Positions 1 to 11,705 of a DNA stretch of 64,000 nucleotides are shown piece by piece. This stretch comes from Vicinamibacteria bacterium (GTDB taxonomy: Bacteria > Acidobacteriota > Vicinamibacteria > Marinacidobacterales > Marinacidobacteraceae): positions 3,712,001 to 3,776,000 of the forward strand of contig CAXXLQ010000004.1 of the NCBI GenBank assembly GCA_963668695.2, read 5' to 3'. Position numbers and translations under genes: made by a program. Position 1 is the stretch's first letter. Each line of letters starts with the position of its first letter. A model generated the notes under the pieces. It worked only from the letters and a program-made list of their open reading frames with translations. It did not search any database and was not told the origin of the DNA.

Positions 1-924
1 TGCCCTGCATCTCCGCCTGCGCCCGGTCGTAGTGCGGACGTTTCTCGGAGACCGGAGCGAAGAGCCACCACGAGAGACGCTCCGTGGTGTCGTGGGTCAC
101 CTTGGCCCCCTCGAGGCCGCTCAGGTGGCAGGTGGCGCAGGTCGGAACCGGCATGTCGAACGCGGTAAGCAGTTTCGGTTCCGCGTCCAGATTCATGAGG
201 TGGCGCTGCGCCTCGAAAAGGATGCCGTGCTTCGACGCGCTGTAGATCTCCTTCTGGGCGTGGTCGGGACCCATGTGGCACTGCCCGCAGGTCGCCGGCG
301 CCCGGGCGAGCGAAATCGCGGTCGAATGACGGCTGTGGCAGGCCGTGCAGGTCCCGATGGAGCCGTCGGCGTTCGGCTGCCCAATGTCGTGACAGCCGAG
401 GCACCCGGAAACCGCTGTCTCGGACCCCTCGGCCGGGCGAGCGCGTTCGGAGGGCGCCGCACCGCCCCGGGGTGGAGTTCCTCGGCCCGAGCGATCCGCT
501 CGGCGGGGAAACTGGAGGGGTATCCCTCCGTTCCCCTGACCGCCGCATAGGCGGGAAGCGCGTGGCGGCTGCGTTCGAACTGGCGCACCTCGTCGGCGTG
601 GCAGTCCTGGCAGGCGAGGGCGGTGGTAGCGGTCGTGATCTCGAAGCCATGGTGCTCGAAGGCTGTCTGACCTGGACGCACCTGGTGACAGTCGAGGCAG
701 GTGACCCCGGCTCCCGCGTGCGCGCTCATTTCGAACTGCGCGACCACAGCGCCGGTCTCGTTCCGGTGGCAGTTCGCGCACTCGCCGCTCGCCCGGATCT
801 GTTCCGGCGAGCGGTCGGCGATTCCGGGGCGCGCCCGGTGGAGCAGCACCGCGGCCGCCACCAGCACCCCGGCAATCCCGACAACCACCACCACATCCCG
901 AAAGCGGATGCCGGAGAGCGCCAC
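1..924 (-). pseudogene. HAO-like (octaheme-type) multiheme cytochrome c; 1-nt frameshift near 431-433; runs off the left edge
   Basis: N-terminal membrane anchor plus CANCH, CLDCH, CQDCH in ORF 193..924. After a frame change at ~432 the minus strand reads EGSETAVSGCLGCHDIG...CTACHSRH...CGQCHMGPDH...CATCHLSG...AEMQG to the edge (7 CxxCH visible). Could be a sequencing error rather than a true pseudogene. Confidence 0.8.
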
Positions 925-1024
925 GGAACCGCTATTGCGTATTCACCCGCATGCTAGCGAATCTGCCTTCACGGGCCGGGAAGGAATGGGGCATCGCCGT
1001 GGGCGATATTATTGTGGCGCCATC

Positions 1025-1291
1025 ATGATGATTCGCACCCAGATCTCGCTTGATTCCGAACGCCACGCGCAGGCGCGGGCTCGTGCTGCAGAACTTGGCG
1101 TTTCGCTCGCCGAGTACATGCGGCAGCTTGTGGATCGGGATGTGGGCCGCTCACCCCGGGTGGTGGACCGCTCCGTCGTTTTTGACCTCGGCGGCGGAAG
1201 CCCAACCGATATCGCGTCTGGCAAGGATCGGATGATTGCGGAAGCGATCGCCGCATCGTTCAAGCGCGACCGCAACCCGCTCGATCCGTGA
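1025..1291 (+). CDS. vapB: VapB-type ribbon-helix-helix antitoxin
   Basis: MIRTQISLD...ARAAELGVSLAEYMRQLV RHH pattern; stop overlaps the PIN toxin start (GTGA). Confidence 0.8.
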   Translation: MMIRTQISLDSERHAQARARAAELGVSLAEYMRQLVDRDVGRSPRVVDRSVVFDLGGGSPTDIASGKDRMIAEAIAASFKRDRNPLDP

Positions 1292-1701
1292 GCGCCTTCG
1301 TGGACACGTCCGGCTGGTTCGCGGCCGCCTGCCGGAACGACCGGAACAACCGCCGTGCGAAAGCTCTGCTGGCCACGGACGAGTCACTCGTAACCAGCGA
1401 CCACATCCTCGCGGAAACCTGGCGACTGCTCCACCACTTCGTCTCGCCAGCAGCCGCGGAACGATTCTGGGAAGGTCTGCGCAGCGGCGTCGCGATGATC
1501 GAAATGACCACCGAGGCGGATCTCCAGGCTGCTTGGGAAATCGGAGAAGCCTTTCCCGATCAGGATTTCTCGCTGGTTGACCGCACTTCTTTCGCACTCA
1601 TGCTCAGGCTCGGCATCTCGAGAGTGATTTCCTTCGACAGCGACTTCGCCGTGTTCCGCTACGGCAGAGGGCGGCGGGCCGCGTTCACGGTGCTCCGCTG
1701 A
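1288..1701 (+). CDS. vapC: VapC PIN-domain toxin
   Basis: FVDTSGW, ILAET, FSLVDRTSF, SFDSDF acidic PIN motifs. Confidence 0.9.
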   Translation: MSAFVDTSGWFAAACRNDRNNRRAKALLATDESLVTSDHILAETWRLLHHFVSPAAAERFWEGLRSGVAMIEMTTEADLQAAWEIGEAFPDQDFSLVDRTSFALMLRLGISRVISFDSDFAVFRYGRGRRAAFTVLR

Positions 1702-1764
1702 CGGGGACCCCGCTTTGACGACGGCCGCCGCCTGACGCGGCGGCGCGCGCGATCCGTCTCGCGG

Positions 1765-4041
<2,277 letters not shown>

Positions 4042-4267
4042 GGGGCTCTCCTCACAAGATGAGATGCGCGGGCTCGGCCGCTGGAGTGCTGGCGGAGCGG
4101 AACCGCGAATGGACTCAGGGTCCCGCCCATGCGGGACCGGAAGGCGCGAAGTGTAGCGGTCCGGGGGGTCCGCGGCTGCCAGCCGCGGGGTGTTTCGAGC
4201 GTTCTCACCCCGAAGAACGCGGGTGGGGAGCTATCGGTGGTTGCACCCAAGGAGATCAGGACAATCG

Positions 4268-4292
4268 GGTATAACTTCGGTATAATGATTCC
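4268..4292 (+). promoter_or_regulatory. TA operator and -10 box, probable leaderless promoter
   Basis: Direct repeat GGTATAAC-TTC-GGTATAAT; TATAAT (4281-4286) lies 6 nt before ATG 4293 and no SD is visible. Confidence 0.55.
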
Positions 4293-4529
4293 ATGAAGAC
4301 GGCCATCTCGGTTCCGGACCATCTCTTCCGGGAGGCCGACCAATTCGCCGAACAGCACGGCACCTCGCGCAGCAAGTTGTACAGCGACGCCGTTTCCGAA
4401 TACCTGGCGCGACGCCGCCAGAAGGAAGTCACCGCCAGGCTGAACGAAGTGCTCGCGAACGAACCCGAACGGCTGGACCCGGTGTTCGCGAGAATTCAGG
4501 CGGAAAGCATCGGCCCCGAAGATTGGTAG
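4293..4529 (+). CDS. RHH/CopG-type antitoxin partnered with MazF
   Basis: MKTAISVPDHLFREAD..SRSKLYSDAV; overlaps the downstream PemK/MazF gene. Confidence 0.85.
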   Translation: MKTAISVPDHLFREADQFAEQHGTSRSKLYSDAVSEYLARRRQKEVTARLNEVLANEPERLDPVFARIQAESIGPEDW

Positions 4530-4873
4530 CCAAACGAGGAGAGGTGTGGTGGGCCGATCTGTCGGCCCCGCAGGGTTCCGAGCCCGGGTTTCGCCGTCCC
4601 ATCCTCGTCATCCAGTCGGATGCGTTCAACATGAGCCGACTCCGCACGGTTCTCGCTGTGCTCCTCACCGCCAACATGCGACTCGCGGAAAAACCCGGCA
4701 ATGTCATTCTCTCTCGGCAGGCCTCCGGCCTTCCGAAGGATTCGGTCGCCAACATGACAGAAATCGCAACGGTGGACGAGGGTTTTCTGGACCAGCAGGT
4801 CGGCGTGATTCCGCCCAGACTCATGACACAGATCGAAGCAGGCCTCCGGCTGGTGTTGGACCTCCAGATCTAG
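4523..4873 (+). CDS. mazF: PemK/MazF endoribonuclease toxin
   Basis: RGEVWWADL..GSEPGFRRPILVIQSDAFN...GLPKDSVAN motifs. Confidence 0.92.
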   Translation: MVAKRGEVWWADLSAPQGSEPGFRRPILVIQSDAFNMSRLRTVLAVLLTANMRLAEKPGNVILSRQASGLPKDSVANMTEIATVDEGFLDQQVGVIPPRLMTQIEAGLRLVLDLQI

Positions 4874-4915
4874 TCGCTCCCGGACGCGCCGCCGCTCGGC
4901 GCATGGCGCCCGCCC

Positions 4916-4944
4916 GGGACCGCCGGTCTCCAGACCCGCATCGC
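4916..4944. repeat. REP-like palindrome (empty form)
   Basis: GGGACCGCCGGTCTCCAGACCCGCATCGC between convergent genes; related copies at ~26216-26317 and 35159-35202. Confidence 0.5.
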
Positions 4945-4999
4945 CCGCCAGAGGCGGGCGAAACATGCCCCGGTCGCGGCGCCGCCCCAAGACGGCGGC

Positions 5000-7045
5000 T
5001 CAGCGGCCGCTCGGCGCCGCGTCCGTATCCGCCTCCGGGGTGTGCTGGCGGAACCAAGCCAGGATGCGCTCCGAAACGTCCATGAGGAACTTGGGCTCTC
5101 TCGGGCCGTGCGGAGTCCGCGGATAGACGACCATCTCGGTCGGCACCCCGCGCCGGTCGAGCGCCCGGTAGAACTCCTGGCCCTGGGTGAACGGCACCCG
5201 GAGATCCTCGGCGCCGTGAATCACCTGGGTGGGGGTGGTCACTTCGGCGATCCGGTAGATCGCCGAGTGGGCTTCGTACACCTCGTAGTCCTCCCAGAAG
5301 TCGCCTCCCATGTGCCCCGCCAGGTAGTCCTGGATGTCCGTGGTGGTGACCATGCTCACCAGGTTCGGGAGCCCGGCTCCCATGCTGGCGGCCACGAAGC
5401 GGTCGGTGCGGGTGACCGCGAAGGAGGTCATGTAGCCGCCGTAGCTCCATCCCATGATGTAGAGCTGGCTGGGTTCGGCCACCCCCTGCTCGATCACCAG
5501 GTCCACCCCCGCCATGAGGTCGTCCATATCGCCGAAGCCCCAATCCCTGAAGTTGGCGTAGCGGAATTCCTTTCCGTAGCCGGTGGAACCCCGGGGGTTG
5601 GCCCGCAGGATGGCGAACCCTTCCTGGGCGAAGTACTGGAGCATGTAGATGGACGGCGCGCCGGTGAAGGATTCCGAGTAGGCGCCCGCCGGCCCGCCAT
5701 GCACGTTCAGGATCAGCGGATACCGCTGCCCCTCGCGGTAACCGATCGGGAGGGTCAGCAGCCCTTCCACCGGGGTGCCGTCGGGCGAGGTCCAGGTGAG
5801 TACCGAGGTCTTCCCCATTTCGGGACGGGCCACACCCTGGTGGAGGTCGGTGAGGCGGCGCGGTTCGAAGGCGGAGGCGGCTCCGCCCCCTGCCCCGAGG
5901 CTGGCAGCGAAGACGTCCCAGGGCGTCTCCGGAGTCTCGTGCGTGAAGGCCATTACGTCCGCGGCAGCGGCGATCGCCGGAGCACCGTAGACCCCGTTCC
6001 CCGGAGTCAGTTCCACGAGGTCTCCGCCGTCGGCGGGAAGCCCGAAGAGGCGCCGCGACGTGCGGTGGGCCTCGGTCACGTACACGAGCGAGCCGTCGCG
6101 GGACCAGCCACGAATCCCCGGGCTCCGGTCCCGGGTCTCGGCGAGGCGGACCCGCTCGCCGCCCATCACCGGCATTACGTATACGTCGCCGAGCCCGATC
6201 GGCTCCGGACCGTCACCGGTCGAGCGGAACGCCACCGTCTGCCCGTCGGGAGAGACGCGCGGCGAGCTTTCAATCCCGTCACCGCCGTGGAGCAGGCTCA
6301 CCTTGCCGTCCCCCAGGTGGACGACCGACAGATCGCCGGAGCGGCGGTTCGTGTTGATGCGGGGATCGTCCTGGTGGGCGAAGACGATCCGGTCACTGCT
6401 CGACCAGTCCCACCCGGAGACATGAAAATCGCCCCAGGTGAGGCGCCGATCCTCGCCGTCCGGGTCGTAGCCACCCGTTACCAAGGTCGCGTAGAGGTGG
6501 CCGTACTTGAAGTTCCGGTCCACCAGTTCAACGTCCCGCTTCTCCTTCTTCCGGGTCTTCTCCTCTTCGGTTTCCGGATCGCTCATCACGTAGCCGACGC
6601 TCCGGCCGTCCGGCGAAAAGCGGAAAGACCGCGCGCCGCTCTCGGCGTGAGTGAGCTGGAAGGCCTCGCCCCCGCCGAGCGGCAGGGCCCAGACCTGCTG
6701 TTTTTCCGCACCCTGCCGGAGGAAACCGAGGGTGCGGCCATCCGGGGAGAAGGAGGGGGAAGTGGCGGAGTTCTCACCGGTGGTGTACGCGACCGCGTCG
6801 CCCCCGGCCGCCGGGACCACGTGGATCTGGGTCCGGTACTCGGATTTCTCGCCCTCCATGAGCGGCACGGTGACCGTGAAGGCGACGAGAGACCCGTCGG
6901 GGGAAATCGCCACCGACGAGACCCGGCTGTACTTCATGGACAGGGACGGCGTCCAGCGATCCTCTTCGGCGGTCGCGCTGGAGGCGGCGAACAGCACCCC
7001 CGAGAATGCGAGAAGAACGGCGAAAACGGTTGAGCGAGCGAGCAC
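5000..7045 (-). CDS. Secreted S9 family peptidase (prolyl oligopeptidase/acylaminoacyl peptidase)
   Basis: Signal peptide, PD40-like propeller repeats, VHGGP, GWSYGG nucleophile, HGAEDLRVP, PHG. Confidence 0.93.
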   Translation of the reverse strand: MLARSTVFAVLLAFSGVLFAASSATAEEDRWTPSLSMKYSRVSSVAISPDGSLVAFTVTVPLMEGEKSEYRTQIHVVPAAGGDAVAYTTGENSATSPSFSPDGRTLGFLRQGAEKQQVWALPLGGGEAFQLTHAESGARSFRFSPDGRSVGYVMSDPETEEEKTRKKEKRDVELVDRNFKYGHLYATLVTGGYDPDGEDRRLTWGDFHVSGWDWSSSDRIVFAHQDDPRINTNRRSGDLSVVHLGDGKVSLLHGGDGIESSPRVSPDGQTVAFRSTGDGPEPIGLGDVYVMPVMGGERVRLAETRDRSPGIRGWSRDGSLVYVTEAHRTSRRLFGLPADGGDLVELTPGNGVYGAPAIAAAADVMAFTHETPETPWDVFAASLGAGGGAASAFEPRRLTDLHQGVARPEMGKTSVLTWTSPDGTPVEGLLTLPIGYREGQRYPLILNVHGGPAGAYSESFTGAPSIYMLQYFAQEGFAILRANPRGSTGYGKEFRYANFRDWGFGDMDDLMAGVDLVIEQGVAEPSQLYIMGWSYGGYMTSFAVTRTDRFVAASMGAGLPNLVSMVTTTDIQDYLAGHMGGDFWEDYEVYEAHSAIYRIAEVTTPTQVIHGAEDLRVPFTQGQEFYRALDRRGVPTEMVVYPRTPHGPREPKFLMDVSERILAWFRQHTPEADTDAAPSGR

Positions 7046-7179
7046 GGTGGCCTCCCCGGCAGCCGGGGGCGTCTCGGCCGCCAGAGCCGAAGTATCCCAC
7101 CGGCAACGGAACCTGCGCGAGTCTCAGCCGTGACCAGCAGCGGCAACCTAAGGTAGCCAAGGTTCGAGGGTGACAGGTC

Positions 7180-7461
7180 TCATCCGAGGCGTCGCCGCAG
7201 CCTGTCGTTAACGTCAGTACGTCGGGCAACGGTAAGGATCAGAATCACCAACTGATCCTGCTCCCACGTGTAACAGATCCGATAGTCGCCTACACGGATT
7301 CGCCAGATCGAGTTGAAGCCCACGAGTTTCCGGGAGTCGGGCGGATGCGGCTCCTCCGCCAGCGCCTTGATCGCGGCAACCAGCCGTTGCCGAATGGCTC
7401 TGTGGGAAACCCTGCGAAAGTCCCGCGCTGCCGCGCGGGAGAAGACGATCGGCGGCTTCAA
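7180..7461 (-). CDS. relE: RelE/ParE family toxin
   Basis: PHPPDSRKLVG...WRIRVGDYRICY...ILTVARRTDV. Confidence 0.88.
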   Translation of the reverse strand: MKPPIVFSRAAARDFRRVSHRAIRQRLVAAIKALAEEPHPPDSRKLVGFNSIWRIRVGDYRICYTWEQDQLVILILTVARRTDVNDRLRRRLG

Positions 7462-7480
7462 AGACTCAGATCAGCCTTAA

Positions 7481-7786
7481 CAGCCTGTGGTGAAACCCAC
7501 GCGGCGTTCGGCCGGCGATCCATCCCGGCTGAACCGCGTCGCTGCGCGCCGCTCATCGTTACGTTTCGGTCGAAATACACCCGGTATTCCTCCCTCACGC
7601 GCCTTGTCAGCCGGGCGCCTCACCGGCCTCGCGCTCCCGCGGGTTCCACCACCGGCTGAACCGCGTCGCTGCGCGCCGCTCATCGTTGCGTTTCGGTCGA
7701 AATACACCCGGTATTCCTCCCTCACGCGCCTTGTCAGCCGGGCGCCTCACCGGCCTCGGCGCTCACCCGGGTTTCACAACAGGCTG
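7481..7786. mobile_element. MITE copy 1 (306 bp, internal duplication), inserted in the antitoxin 3' end
   Basis: Terminal IR CAGCCTGTGGTGAAACCC / GGGTTTCACAACAGGCTG; flanks TTAA/TTGA; core duplicated at ~7525-7630 and ~7652-7757. Confidence 0.85.
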
Positions 7787-8025
7787 TTGAGTTCTTCGAA
7801 GGGCACGCCGCCGTTCGCCCGGTAGTCGGCAAGGGCGTCGAGCGCATCGAGGAGGTCCAGGCGATCCTCCAGGGCCTCAAGGGCCTCAAGATCCGACGGC
7901 GACACCAGAGCGGCGACGGTCTTGCCGTGCTTTTGCAGCACGATCCGCTCCCCGCCGAAGCGGACCCTCCCGGTGATCTCGGCGAGTTGTTCGCGAGCTT
8001 CAGTGACGGACACGACCTCGACCAT
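7774..8025 (-). CDS. Phd/YefM family antitoxin (last codons supplied by the MITE)
   Basis: VSVTEAREQLAEI..V..GGERIVLQKHGKTVAALVS; AAGGAG RBS upstream. Confidence 0.88.
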   Translation of the reverse strand: MVEVVSVTEAREQLAEITGRVRFGGERIVLQKHGKTVAALVSPSDLEALEALEDRLDLLDALDALADYRANGGVPFEELNSLL

Positions 8026-8045
8026 GGCGGTCTCCTTTCTTACGG

Positions 8046-8072
8046 ATTGTACAAATTAGCAAATCTGCACAC
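8046..8072 (-). promoter_or_regulatory. Probable Phd/YefM operator and -10 box
   Basis: TGTACA (8048-8053) and TGCACA (8066-8071) hexamers; TACAAT on the minus strand upstream of the antitoxin. Confidence 0.5.
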
Positions 8073-8117
8073 TTCGTGCATGAACCCCCGCGGCCTCGTT
8101 TGCGTAGTCTTCGCCCG

Positions 8118-9281
8118 ATGACCCCGGACACGGTACGCAGCGGGCTGGACCGGCTCCCGGAAATGGGAGGGCTCCTCCGGGGGCTCCGGGTCGGACTGAT
8201 CGCGAATCCCTCCTCGGTGGATTCCTCGTTCCGGCACGCGCGGGAGGTGGTGGCCAACCTGCCGGAGGTGACGCTGGCAGCGATCTTCGCCCCGGAGCAC
8301 GGCTTCGACGCCGTCGAGCAGGACCTGATCGAGATCCCGGACGGGGAGCGACGGATCCCGGTGTACAGCCTCTACGGGTCCACCCGCCGTCCTACGGCGG
8401 CGATGCTGAACGGGCTGGACGCGCTCGTGTTCGACGTTCAGGACATCGGCTCGCGCTACTACACCTACATCTGGACGATGGCCCACGCGATGGAGGCCGC
8501 GGCCGAACACGGCAAGCGCATCTTCGTCCTCGACCGCCCAAACCCGATCGGCAGCGCCGTGGAGGGCAACCTCATCCGGGACGACCACCTCTCCTTCGTG
8601 GGGCTCTATCCCCTGCCCAACCGCCACGGCATGACCGCCGGCGAAATCGCCGGCCTCCTGAACCGCCACCACGGGATCGGGGCCGATCTCGTGATCGTCG
8701 GCTGCCGGGGCTGGGGGCGGGAGCAATGGCTCGATGAGACCGGGCTCCCGTTCATCCCGCCATCTCCCAACATGCCGACCCTGGGCACGGCGACGGTGTA
8801 CCCCGGGGCGTGCCTGATCGAGGGGACCACCCTCTCCGAGGGCCGGGGAACTACCCGGCCGTTCGAGCTCTGCGGGGCCCCCTGGGTGGATGGTTTCCGC
8901 CTGGCGGAGGCGCTGGCCGAAGAGGAACTCCCCGGAGTTCACTTCCGCCCGGTGCGGTTCCGGCCCACCTTCCACAAGTTCGCGAACGAAGAGTGCGGCG
9001 GCGTGATGCAGCACGTCACCGACCGGGATACCTACCTGCCCTGGCGCACCGGAATCGCCATCCTGAACCAGATCCGGCGTCTCTCGCCGGGCGAGTTCGC
9101 CTGGCGGCAGCCTCCCTACGAGTACGAATTGGAGCGCCTCCCGATCGACATCCTGGCCGGGAGTCCTGCCATGCGGGAAGGGATCGAGGCGGGGCGGTCG
9201 ACCCCCGAGATCGCCGACGCCGGGAACGCGGAGGGGAGGAGCTTCGCGCAGGTACGAGAGAACTTCTTGCTCTACCACTAA
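8118..9281 (+). CDS. namZ: DUF1343 / NamZ exo-beta-N-acetylmuramidase family
   Basis: GLIANPSS, FAPEHG, FDVQDIGSRYYTYI, VLDRPNP, PPSPNMP, SEGRGT. Confidence 0.9.
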   Translation: MTPDTVRSGLDRLPEMGGLLRGLRVGLIANPSSVDSSFRHAREVVANLPEVTLAAIFAPEHGFDAVEQDLIEIPDGERRIPVYSLYGSTRRPTAAMLNGLDALVFDVQDIGSRYYTYIWTMAHAMEAAAEHGKRIFVLDRPNPIGSAVEGNLIRDDHLSFVGLYPLPNRHGMTAGEIAGLLNRHHGIGADLVIVGCRGWGREQWLDETGLPFIPPSPNMPTLGTATVYPGACLIEGTTLSEGRGTTRPFELCGAPWVDGFRLAEALAEEELPGVHFRPVRFRPTFHKFANEECGGVMQHVTDRDTYLPWRTGIAILNQIRRLSPGEFAWRQPPYEYELERLPIDILAGSPAMREGIEAGRSTPEIADAGNAEGRSFAQVRENFLLYH

Positions 9282-9290
9282 CTTCCAGTC

Positions 9291-9770
9291 GTGGTGCAGG
9301 TAACCCGCACGTTGGACCCTTCAGGACACCCATGTTGGAGGCCATACTCTTCCTTGGCTCGCCCTGTCTTACCCGCTCGGTTGAGGGTACGGACATCGGA
9401 GTGGCCGAAGGGACAAACAGATGACGAGAGCGGGGGGGCCGCAGATCTATTGCGTCTCATGGGCATTCATCCGGCTGCGGCCGTTGGTGTTATCGCTGTT
9501 GATGTGATGCTCTTTGGCGGGACCGTCGCCACCCTGGGCACCGGTTGGGCAATATCGATTCCGGTCGGGATTGTGCTCGCGATTGCAGTCGCCCTCATCC
9601 AACACGGAGCGTTGCCACGCGACAATCTCGCTCTTGCGGCCGGAAAGGGAATCCTCATCGGCCTTCTAACGGCGATACCTACACCGTTGCCGTCGGCGAT
9701 TACCCTTGCATCCGGGACAATGGGCGGGATCACACTGTTCCGGGATCGGAAGACGCGCTCCCTTACCTAG
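9291..9770 (+). CDS. Small hypothetical membrane protein (start uncertain; ATG at 9459 possible)
   Basis: Several hydrophobic helices ending LLTAIPTPLPS; visibly lower GC than neighbours. Confidence 0.55.
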   Translation: MVQVTRTLDPSGHPCWRPYSSLARPVLPARLRVRTSEWPKGQTDDESGGAADLLRLMGIHPAAAVGVIAVDVMLFGGTVATLGTGWAISIPVGIVLAIAVALIQHGALPRDNLALAAGKGILIGLLTAIPTPLPSAITLASGTMGGITLFRDRKTRSLT

Positions 9771-9827
9771 AATCCGCAGCGCCAAATGCCTGATCACTGG
9801 TTGAGCGAGCAAGCTGGCCGGTAGTCC

Positions 9828-10991
9828 CTAACCCCCGAGGCCGCGATTCGTCGCCAGATAGGTGGCGAAGCTCCCGAGCCAGTGGCTGCCGATGTAGTTG
9901 CTCGGGTCCACGCCGGCGAAACCGGCCTCCGCGTTCCGGGCAGCGAGCGCGACCATCTCTCCCCTTCTGCGGTCGCTCTCCGGAAGCGCGCTCGTGATGC
10001 CTTGCAGCATCCAGGCGCGACTCAGGTGGAGGCCGTGGAGGTGCCCGAAAGCGTCTTCCTCGTCCTCGGGGACGTTCACCGGCTCCAGCGTGGTCGGGAG
10101 CGGACCGGGCAGGAAGCCTCCCAACCAGGCGCCGAACTCTTCCGCGGGAAGCACCCGCCGCATGAAGTCCGCCTCCGACAGGCAGGGAGAGAAGAAGTCC
10201 TGTCCTGACGGTTCGTAGTCCACCGGACAGTCGCGGTCGTCGCCGTACCAGACCCGCGCCCGGGCGGCCAGGAGGTCCTGCATGGGTTGGTCTCCCACGG
10301 ACACCGCCCAGTCGTGGATCAGGCCAACCGAGAACGCGGTCTGTTTGTGTTCCCCCACCCGCACGGGATGCCCCAGCTTCTCCAGGAACTCACTGAGCCG
10401 TTCCACCGCGTTGGCGATCAGCGGCGCGAGCGTCTCACGCCAGCGGGCAGCCCGGCCGCGGTCGTCCTCCGTGGCGGCCGCATCGGAACTCCATTCGTGA
10501 AGCTCGGCGTCGAGCTGGAGCAGCCAGGCAAGGCCGTAGGGACGCTCGAAACCGCGCCGGCCCTTCTTCGAAACGAAGACCAGTTCTCCGGCCACCCGCT
10601 CCTCGGTGAGGTTCTGATCGAGCGCCGCTCGGGCGCCGGAAGCGAAGTCGGCGCCGGGGAATTTGCGGGTCAGGCGAGCGAGCAGCCAGTGTCCGTGCAC
10701 CGCGGAATGCCAGTCGTAGCAGCCGTAGAAGACCGGCGTCAGGTCCCGGGGTAGGGCCAGGTCGTCGTCACTCTCGAGGCGCAGGCGCAGGCTGTACGGA
10801 TACTCCTTGAGCACACAGTCGAGGGCGAGCGCCGCGAACGCGGCCGCGCCGCTCTCGTCAAGCGCCGGGGGCGTCAAGTCCACGGGAGGTGCTTCGTCGG
10901 AAGGCGCCGGATCGCCGCTCCCGCAGCCCGCCACCAACCCGGCGACGAGCGCGAGTGCGGCGAACCGCTGCTTCGGGTTGTCTTGAACCAT
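9828..10991 (-). CDS. DUF2891 family lipoprotein
   Basis: Lipobox LVAGC; FYGCYDWHSAVHGHW, FERPYGLAWLL, YEPSGQDFFSPCL, SHWLGSFA. Confidence 0.88.
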   Translation of the reverse strand: MVQDNPKQRFAALALVAGLVAGCGSGDPAPSDEAPPVDLTPPALDESGAAAFAALALDCVLKEYPYSLRLRLESDDDLALPRDLTPVFYGCYDWHSAVHGHWLLARLTRKFPGADFASGARAALDQNLTEERVAGELVFVSKKGRRGFERPYGLAWLLQLDAELHEWSSDAAATEDDRGRAARWRETLAPLIANAVERLSEFLEKLGHPVRVGEHKQTAFSVGLIHDWAVSVGDQPMQDLLAARARVWYGDDRDCPVDYEPSGQDFFSPCLSEADFMRRVLPAEEFGAWLGGFLPGPLPTTLEPVNVPEDEEDAFGHLHGLHLSRAWMLQGITSALPESDRRRGEMVALAARNAEAGFAGVDPSNYIGSHWLGSFATYLATNRGLGG

Positions 10992-11015
10992 CGCACATTC
11001 CTCCTTCCTTCGCAG

Positions 11016-11705
11016 TCAGAGCTTCCGGGCCTGGCTCACCAGCCAATCGGCGCGGCGAACGGGCTCCGGTACGCGAAATCCTATGGCGCAGGCGAGTACG
11101 AGCGCCTCGGCAGCCTGCAGATCCACGCGGTGACCGATGCTCACGAAGACCGGTCGAACCCGGTCACGGGTCCGGAGGACCGTTCCAACCCGCTCCCCCC
11201 GATGCAGGAGCGGGGCCCTCGAGCCGCGGGCGAGACCGATCTCGGAATGCCCACCGACCAGGATGCTCTTCGCGCAGCCGATCGCGGGAATCCCGGTCAG
11301 GACGCCCAAATGGCAGGCAAGACCGAAGCGCCGCGGATGGGCCAGCCCGTGGCCATCGCACAGCAACGCGTCCACCGGAGTCTTCAGTTCCGAAAGCGCC
11401 GCGAGCACCGCCGGGGCTTCGCGGAAGGACAGCAGGCCCGGAACGTAGGGGAAGGTGAGCGGGCGGCGGACGACCCGCTCCTCGAGCACCCGGCGTTCGC
11501 CCACCGACCACGCCACGGCCGCCGCGACGCACTCCCTGCCTCCCGTCGGGAAAGCGGCATCCAATCCCGCCACGACTACGGGATCGAAGCCCGCCGGAGT
11601 CTCCCGTTCGACCCGCTCCGCGAGTTCCCGCTGAATGGCTGCTGCCGCGCGCGGGGAAACGTCCCATGAATGGGGCGCGGCGGCCGGGTTCGGGGACGCG
11701 GACAA
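11016..11705 (-). CDS. nfi: Endonuclease V (start approximate)
   Basis: AGLDAAF, FPYVPGLLSFRE, CDGHGLAHPRRFGLACHLG, PVFVSIGH, PEPVRRAD. Confidence 0.93.
   Translation of the reverse strand: MSASPNPAAAPHSWDVSPRAAAAIQRELAERVERETPAGFDPVVVAGLDAAFPTGGRECVAAAVAWSVGERRVLEERVVRRPLTFPYVPGLLSFREAPAVLAALSELKTPVDALLCDGHGLAHPRRFGLACHLGVLTGIPAIGCAKSILVGGHSEIGLARGSRAPLLHRGERVGTVLRTRDRVRPVFVSIGHRVDLQAAEALVLACAIGFRVPEPVRRADWLVSQARKL

Noticed and set aside
5042-7033. Long antisense ORFs (also 37683..40253, 28347..29873, 54316..55656 and others)
   Set aside because: Shadow frames of well-supported high-GC genes, with no recognisable motifs.
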